Source of the DNA: Rhodothermales bacterium | GTDB lineage: Bacteria > Bacteroidota > Rhodothermia > Rhodothermales > VXPQ01 | Direction: 5' to 3' | Assembly (NCBI GenBank): GCA_040904565.1 | Contig: JBBDTI010000058.1 | Coordinates: forward strand, 1-29,610 | Length of the DNA stretch: 29,610 bases | In this document: positions 25,305 to 29,610 of the stretch, in pieces | Position numbering within the stretch: the first letter of the stretch is position 1 | Layout of the letters: each line of letters begins with the position of its first letter | The notes under the pieces: model-generated | The model's database searches: none | What the model was told of the DNA's origin: nothing | Seen by the model: only the letters and a program-made list of their open reading frames with translations | Made by a program: the position numbers and the translations under genes

Positions 25305-26978
25305 ATGAGTACGTTCTCCATCGGCATCGACTACGGCACGAATTCCGTCCGCGCCCTCGTCGTAGACGTAGCGACGGGGGAGGAGATCGGCGTGTCGGTC
25401 TACGACTATCCCTCCGGCACGCAGGGCATCCTGCTCGATCCGCGAGAGCCGGACCTGGCCCGCCAGCATCCACCGGATTACCTCCTCGGACTGGAGGCGT
25501 CCCTACTCGGGGCCGTCGGTGACGCCTCCCGGGACGAGCGCTTCGATGCGTCCCAGGTCATCGGCATCGGTGTGGACACGACGGGGTCGACCCCGATGCC
25601 CGTCGATGCCGGCGGACGCCCTCTGGCGTTCGACGATCGGTTTCGCGACGAGCTGGCTGCCCAGGCGTGGCTCTGGAAGGACCATACCTCCCACGAGGAA
25701 GCGGGCGAAATTACGGAGCTGGCCCGTAAGGAGCGCCCGGAATACCTGGCCAAATGCGGCGGGACGTACAGCTCCGAGTGGTTCTGGTCGAAGATCCTAC
25801 GCTGCCTCCGCGTCGCCCCCGAGGTCTTTGATGCGGCGTACACGTGGGTGGAGCTGGCGGACTGGATTCCGGCCGTGCTTACCGGGACCGAGCAACCTTC
25901 CCGCCTCCGCCGCGGCGTATGCGCCGCGGGGCACAAGGCCCTCTTTCATGATGACTGGGGGGGCTATCCCGATGCGGCATTTCTCTCCATGCTCGACGGG
26001 CGGCTGGGCTCGCTGCGGGATCGCCTGCCGAACGAGGCGTTCGACGTATCCGAAAAGGCGGGTCACCTCACCGAGGGCTGGGCGAACAGGCTCGGGCTAC
26101 CGGCAGGTATTCCCGTTGCCGTCGGTGCCTTCGACGCGCATCTGGGTGCCGTCGGATCGGGCGTGCGGCCCGGCACGCTCGTGAAGATCGTCGGGACCTC
26201 GACCTGCGACGTGACCGTGAGCCCGCTTGGCGAAGGGCTCGCCGACGTTCCCGGTCTCTGCGGCATCGTACCGGGTTCCGTGCTGCCGGATCAGTACGGA
26301 CTCGAAGCGGGTCAATCTGCCGTCGGCGACATCTTTAACTGGTTCGTGGAGGTCGTCAAGCCCGATCGTCTCGACCACGACGACCTGACGGCCGGCGCAG
26401 AGGTGCTCCGGCCCGGCGAAAGCGGGCTCCTGGCACTCGACTGGCACAACGGCAATCGCACCGTGCTCGTCGACCAGCGGCTCAGCGGCATGATCCTGGG
26501 TCTCAACCTGCACTCTACGCCCGCGGAGATCTACCGCGCACTCGTCGAATCGACGGCCTTCGGTGCCCGTGTTATTCTGGAACGCTTCGAGGAATATGGG
26601 GTCCCGGTAAATCGAATCGTCAACTGCGGGGGGATTTCCGCGAAAAACCGGCTCGTCATGCAGATTTACGCGGACGTTACGGGCAGGCCCCAGCACATCT
26701 CACGAAGCAGTCAGACGCCGGCGCTCGGCGCGGCCATGGCGGGTGCCGTCGTCGCCGGCAGCGAGGTGGGCGGGCACGCCGACTTCGAGGCGGCCGCACA
26801 GGCGATGACCGGTGTCCAGGACACCGTCTTCGAGCCCATTCCGGAAAACCAGGAGATCTACGAGCGCCTGTTCGGACTGTACCGCCGCCTTCACGACGCC
26901 TTCGGCGAGCAGAATAGCATTGACAACCTGTACGACGTGATGAAGACCCTTCTACTCATAAGAGATCAGGTACGATGA
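25305..26978 (+). CDS. araB: Ribulokinase (FGGY family)
   Basis: IGIDYGTNSVRA, ARQHPPDYL, GVDTTGSTP, LWKDHT, YSSEWFWSK, CAAGHKA, GAFDAHLGAVG, EAGQSAVGDIFNWF and LDWHNGNRT. Confidence 0.95.
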   Translation: MSTFSIGIDYGTNSVRALVVDVATGEEIGVSVYDYPSGTQGILLDPREPDLARQHPPDYLLGLEASLLGAVGDASRDERFDASQVIGIGVDTTGSTPMPVDAGGRPLAFDDRFRDELAAQAWLWKDHTSHEEAGEITELARKERPEYLAKCGGTYSSEWFWSKILRCLRVAPEVFDAAYTWVELADWIPAVLTGTEQPSRLRRGVCAAGHKALFHDDWGGYPDAAFLSMLDGRLGSLRDRLPNEAFDVSEKAGHLTEGWANRLGLPAGIPVAVGAFDAHLGAVGSGVRPGTLVKIVGTSTCDVTVSPLGEGLADVPGLCGIVPGSVLPDQYGLEAGQSAVGDIFNWFVEVVKPDRLDHDDLTAGAEVLRPGESGLLALDWHNGNRTVLVDQRLSGMILGLNLHSTPAEIYRALVESTAFGARVILERFEEYGVPVNRIVNCGGISAKNRLVMQIYADVTGRPQHISRSSQTPALGAAMAGAVVAGSEVGGHADFEAAAQAMTGVQDTVFEPIPENQEIYERLFGLYRRLHDAFGEQNSIDNLYDVMKTLLLIRDQVR

Positions 26979-27682
26979 ACCATGAAGCCCTGAGACACGC
27001 CGTCTGGAAGGCGAACGACGATATCGTGAAGGCCGGCCTGGTCAAGCTTACCTGGGGCAATGCCTCGGGTATCAATCGGGAGGCAGGCGTCGTCGCGATC
27101 AAGCCCAGCGGCATCCCCGCCGCCGAGCTGTCCCCGGAGGATGTCGTTCTCGTATCCCTGGAGAGTGGTGAGACGGTCGACGGCGCGCTGAAGCCCTCCT
27201 CCGACACGCCCACCCATCTGCACCTGTATCGCCATTTTCAAAACGTTGGCGGCATCGTGCACACGCATTCCACGCACGCGGTCGCGTGGGCTCAGGCGAA
27301 CAGCGAGCTGCCGTGCTACGGGACGACGCACGCCGACTATTTTCACGGTCCGGTGCCCATCACCGTCCGAATGCGCCCGGAGGAGATCGCGATGGATTAC
27401 GAGCGGAATACGGGCATCGTCATCGAAGAGTGTTTCCGCAAGAATAACATCGATCCGATGGACGTGCCGGCCGTGCTCGTCGCCGGACATGGACCGTTCG
27501 CGTGGGGAGCGGACGTCGAACGGGCCGTCGAATGTGCCGTCGTACTCGAGTACGCGGCGCGCATGGCCGTCCATACGCTTACGATCAATCCGAATGCTCG
27601 TCCCATCAGCCGCCAGTTGGTCGACAAGCACTTTCGGCGCAAACACGGTCCGGATGCCTATTATGGCCAGGACGACGCGTAA
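26975..27682 (+). CDS. araD: L-ribulose-5-phosphate 4-epimerase
   Basis: TWGNAS, IKPSG, PSSDTPTH, HTHSTHA, GTTHADYF, HGPFAWG and RKHGPDAYYGQ. ATGA overlap with araB. Confidence 0.96.
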   Translation: MNHEALRHAVWKANDDIVKAGLVKLTWGNASGINREAGVVAIKPSGIPAAELSPEDVVLVSLESGETVDGALKPSSDTPTHLHLYRHFQNVGGIVHTHSTHAVAWAQANSELPCYGTTHADYFHGPVPITVRMRPEEIAMDYERNTGIVIEECFRKNNIDPMDVPAVLVAGHGPFAWGADVERAVECAVVLEYAARMAVHTLTINPNARPISRQLVDKHFRRKHGPDAYYGQDDA

Positions 27683-27716
27683 TCATCCCTCATTTACTGC
27701 GCCCTGAGATCTTCGC

Positions 27717-29390
27717 ATGACCCCGATCGACTGGTACATCATCGCCGCCTACTTCCTGCTTATCGTCTGGATCGTCTGGTGGTCGGCCCGCAAGGTGAAT
27801 ACGTCGATGGACTTCTTTCTGGCCGGCCGTGACGTGAGCTGGGTCGTGGTAGGCGCGTCGCTCTTCGCCTCCAATATCGGTTCCGAACATATCGTCGGTC
27901 TGGCCGGCAGCGGGGCTTTAAACGGGATGGCGCAGGCGCACTGGGAGCTGCATGCGTGGATCATGATCCTTCTCGCGTGGGTCTTCGTTTCGTTCTACTA
28001 CCGGTCGGGCGTGTTTACGATGCCGGAGTTTCTCGAGCGACGGTTCGACGCCCGCTCGCGCTGGATCCTGTCGATCGTCTCCCTCGTGGCGTACGTTTTC
28101 ACCAAGGTGTCCGTCACCGTCTACGCGGGCGCCCTCGTATTTCGGACGCTGCTGCCGGAGACCTTCGGTACCCCCGACAACGCGTTCTGGGTCGGGGCCG
28201 TGACCACGGTGGTGCTCACGGGCATCTACACCGTTTTCGGCGGACTCCGAGCCGTCGTGTATACGGAGGTCCTGCAGACCGTGCTGCTGCTGCTCGGCTC
28301 CGTCTTCATCACCATCTTCGGGCTTTCCGAGCTGGGTGGATGGGGTGAGCTCCGTGCCATTCTCGGCCAAAACGCCGAACAGTTTGCGCTCTGGCGCCCG
28401 AACAGCGATCCAAACTTTCCATGGCTGGCCGTGATGATCGCCTCTCCGATCATCGGCATATGGTACTGGTGTACGGATCAGTATATCATTCAGCGAACGC
28501 TCGCCGCTCGGTCGCTCACGGATGCGCGGCGGGGCGCGATCTTCGGAGGCTTCCTGAAGGTGTGGCCCATCTTCATCTTTCTCATTCCGGGCATGATCGG
28601 TTACGCCCTTCACCAGCAGGGCTCGCTAAACATCCCCGTTTCCGCGGACGGCCAGCTTATGGGCGACATGGTCTTCCCGACGATGGTGGCCGAGCTGCTG
28701 CCGATCGGACTGCGCGGGCTGGTCGTGGGGAGCCTGCTCTCGGCCCTGATGAGTTCGCTGGCCTCCCTGTTTAACTCGTGCGCGACCCTCTTTACGGTAG
28801 ACATCTACGAAAAATTGCGGCCGGGAGCCTCCGAGAAAATGCTCGTCCGCGTCGGCCGCATCGCCACGGGCGTCGTCGTCGGATTCGGCCTTATGTGGAT
28901 CCCCATTATGAAGGTCGTCTCGGAAAACAACGAAGGGCTCTACGACTACCTGCAGAACGTGCAGGGTTTTCTGGCGCCGCCCATCACGGCTGTTTTCCTG
29001 CTGGGCATCTTCAGCAAGCGGATTAACGGAAACGGCGCGTTCTGGGGAATGGCCATCGGGTTTTTTCTGGGGATGGTCAAGCTAACGCTGCAAACGCTGA
29101 CTCAGAGCGGCGCCATGGCACCGACCGGCGTGCTGGGAGCCATCGGCGCCTTCAACGGCTATTACTTCGCAGGCGTGCTGTTCTTGATCAGTGTGGTACT
29201 GATCGTTGGCATTTCGTACATGTCCGAGGCCGAACCGATCGAGAAACTGTCCGGATTGACGTGGTGGACCGTCACGCCGGAAGACAAGCTGGATGCGCGT
29301 GCAACCTGGGGCTGGAAGGACGTCGTGGGCACGGTGATCGTGCTGGGTCTCGTCGTCGGCATTTACATCTACTTCAGCTTCTGGCTGTAG
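27717..29390 (+). CDS. Sodium:solute symporter (SSS/SLC5), probable pentose transporter
   Basis: FFLAGR, SLFASNIGSEH, TMPEFLERRF, GGLRAVVYT, WYWCTDQYIIQRTL and LMSSLASLFNS, with many TM helices. Confidence 0.96.
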   Translation: MTPIDWYIIAAYFLLIVWIVWWSARKVNTSMDFFLAGRDVSWVVVGASLFASNIGSEHIVGLAGSGALNGMAQAHWELHAWIMILLAWVFVSFYYRSGVFTMPEFLERRFDARSRWILSIVSLVAYVFTKVSVTVYAGALVFRTLLPETFGTPDNAFWVGAVTTVVLTGIYTVFGGLRAVVYTEVLQTVLLLLGSVFITIFGLSELGGWGELRAILGQNAEQFALWRPNSDPNFPWLAVMIASPIIGIWYWCTDQYIIQRTLAARSLTDARRGAIFGGFLKVWPIFIFLIPGMIGYALHQQGSLNIPVSADGQLMGDMVFPTMVAELLPIGLRGLVVGSLLSALMSSLASLFNSCATLFTVDIYEKLRPGASEKMLVRVGRIATGVVVGFGLMWIPIMKVVSENNEGLYDYLQNVQGFLAPPITAVFLLGIFSKRINGNGAFWGMAIGFFLGMVKLTLQTLTQSGAMAPTGVLGAIGAFNGYYFAGVLFLISVVLIVGISYMSEAEPIEKLSGLTWWTVTPEDKLDARATWGWKDVVGTVIVLGLVVGIYIYFSFWL

Positions 29391-29488
29391 GCTCGACGAC
29401 CCTTGGTCCCGGTGCGTCACGTCACGCGTCGCGCGATTGTAGTTTCTCGGTTAGTTTTTTTGGGTAGCTTCTTGAGTCGGTTCTCAGC

Positions 29489-29610
29489 ATGGCCCCACAT
29501 TCGTTAGCGTCCTCACGCCCCGCGCCGCTGCGCACGGACGGCAGCAATGCCTTCGCGCGCCACTCGATGGCCGTGCGCGTCCCGTCGATTATCGACGACG
29601 TGATCGAGCG
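29489..29610 (+). CDS. 5' fragment of a CDS cut by the window edge, resembling the ARMT1/DUF89 damage-control phosphatase N-terminus
   Basis: Open from ATG 29489 to the window end: MAPHSLASSRPAPLRTDGSNAFARHSMAVRVPSIIDDVIE. The P-x-P-L...S/A-F-A...R-x-P-x-I-I pattern recalls DUF89 N-termini. Not in the ORF track. Confidence 0.55.
   Translation, partial: MAPHSLASSRPAPLRTDGSNAFARHSMAVRVPSIIDDVIE

Noticed and set aside
1-29610. Mobile elements, prophage, defence systems, tRNA/rRNA, frameshifted pseudogenes
   Set aside because: I recognised no transposase, integrase, phage, nuclease or structural RNA signatures. All identified genes appear intact and composition looks uniform by eye.

Overview
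This is a GC-rich bacterial chromosomal window. The gene repertoire (TonB-dependent receptor, Tat-exported Gfo/Idh/MocA enzymes, DUF1080, LytS/LytTR, SSS transporter, few obvious Shine-Dalgarno motifs) suggests a Rhodothermales/Bacteroidota-like organism; that assignment is inference. It holds 21 complete CDS plus one truncated CDS at the right edge. I found no rRNA, tRNA, CRISPR array or mobile element. Left (1-5.1 kb): M1 aminopeptidase, an unknown lipoprotein, an HhH-GPD DNA glycosylase, a cold-shock protein with a terminator, and a stand-alone DUF2156 protein. Middle (5.1-18.8 kb), the most interesting part: a periplasmic oxidative sugar/glycoside cluster. It contains a divergent Tat Gfo/Idh/MocA gene, a large beta-propeller/cytochrome c protein, a gluconate-2-dehydrogenase-subunit-3/GMC flavoprotein pair, a YncD/PqqU-like (PQQ importer-like) TonB receptor tightly coupled to DUF1080, a second beta-propeller/HEAT/cytochrome c lipoprotein, a 14-bp tandem repeat and a KDG kinase. 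Right (18.9-29.6 kb): LytS/LytTR pair, YteT-like oxidoreductase, mannonate oxidoreductase, and an araB-araD-SSS operon whose isomerase is FucI-family rather than AraA. Several intergenic regions fold by eye into multi-stem structures. All family assignments come from motif recognition and memory, not database searches.
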